Source: Camelus ferus (taxonomy: Eukaryota). From it: a DNA stretch of 64,000 bases. The stretch covers positions 6,450,001-6,514,000 of the forward strand of contig NC_045697.1 in NCBI RefSeq assembly GCF_009834535.1, read 5' to 3'. A program made the translations under genes and the position numbers. Below, piece by piece: positions 63,921 to 64,000 of this stretch (positions within the stretch are counted from its first letter, which is position 1; each line of letters begins with the position of its first letter). The notes beneath the pieces were generated by a model that was not told the DNA's origin, did not search any database, and saw only the letters and a list, made by a program, of their open reading frames with translations.

Positions 63921-64000
63921 GGAAACAACCTAAATGTCCATTGACAGATGACTAGATAAAGATGCTGTATATACATATACACACACACACACATATATAT

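Noticed and set aside
52296..64000. Search for the CLNK start-codon exon and promoter
   Set aside because: No convincing ATG exon ending in the required phase and no CpG island. It probably lies beyond the window.
1..64000. CRISPR arrays, operons or other prokaryotic-type systems
   Set aside because: The sequence is mammalian intronic DNA, and its repeated segments are explained by L1, SINE, LTR and DNA-transposon copies and microsatellites.

Overview
This is mammalian intronic and exonic genomic DNA, not prokaryotic. The L1 3' ends and a tRNA-Ala-derived SINE fit a camelid best (inference; I saw no Alu, Bov-tA or PRE1 elements). The window holds the middle of CLNK (MIST, an SLP-76-family adaptor) on the minus strand. 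I found 11 coding exons of 72, 29, 38, 142, 107, 46, 26, 20, 111, 28 and 19 nt (638 nt total), all with GT-AG boundaries and consistent phases. They splice into an uninterrupted frame: (Q)GNRKTTKEGSSDLKFQNVALPKNRSWPRISSATGQYQTINEPLLDGERNFAAALDGAKGHTDDDYEDPELRVAEAWQSMKILPARPIKESEYADTRFFKDVMDTPLSLDAKTSIPTDGQTWNKWMRLEEAEQPISKDIRSQHAKGDKSTKGNKKPVPPPRPPITLPKKYQPLSPEPASSRPPFPQKHTFPEAQGGPRQISLKDLSEVLGTEK. The start-codon exon should lie beyond the right edge and the SH2-domain exons beyond the left edge. Almost all ORFs in the supplied track are spurious or L1-derived. The introns are rich in transposons. The most notable observations are two TSD-bounded L1 insertions that appear to carry 3'-transduced DNA, a 46-nt exon bracketed by two direct L1 copies, a 5'-intact L1 starting about 170 bp from an exon, a three-level transposon nest, a CTCF motif cluster, candidate cryptic exons, and substitutions at CLNK signalling motifs. 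I found no new biological system. Exon numbers, orthologue residues and repeat subfamily names are recalled from memory and need alignment to confirm.
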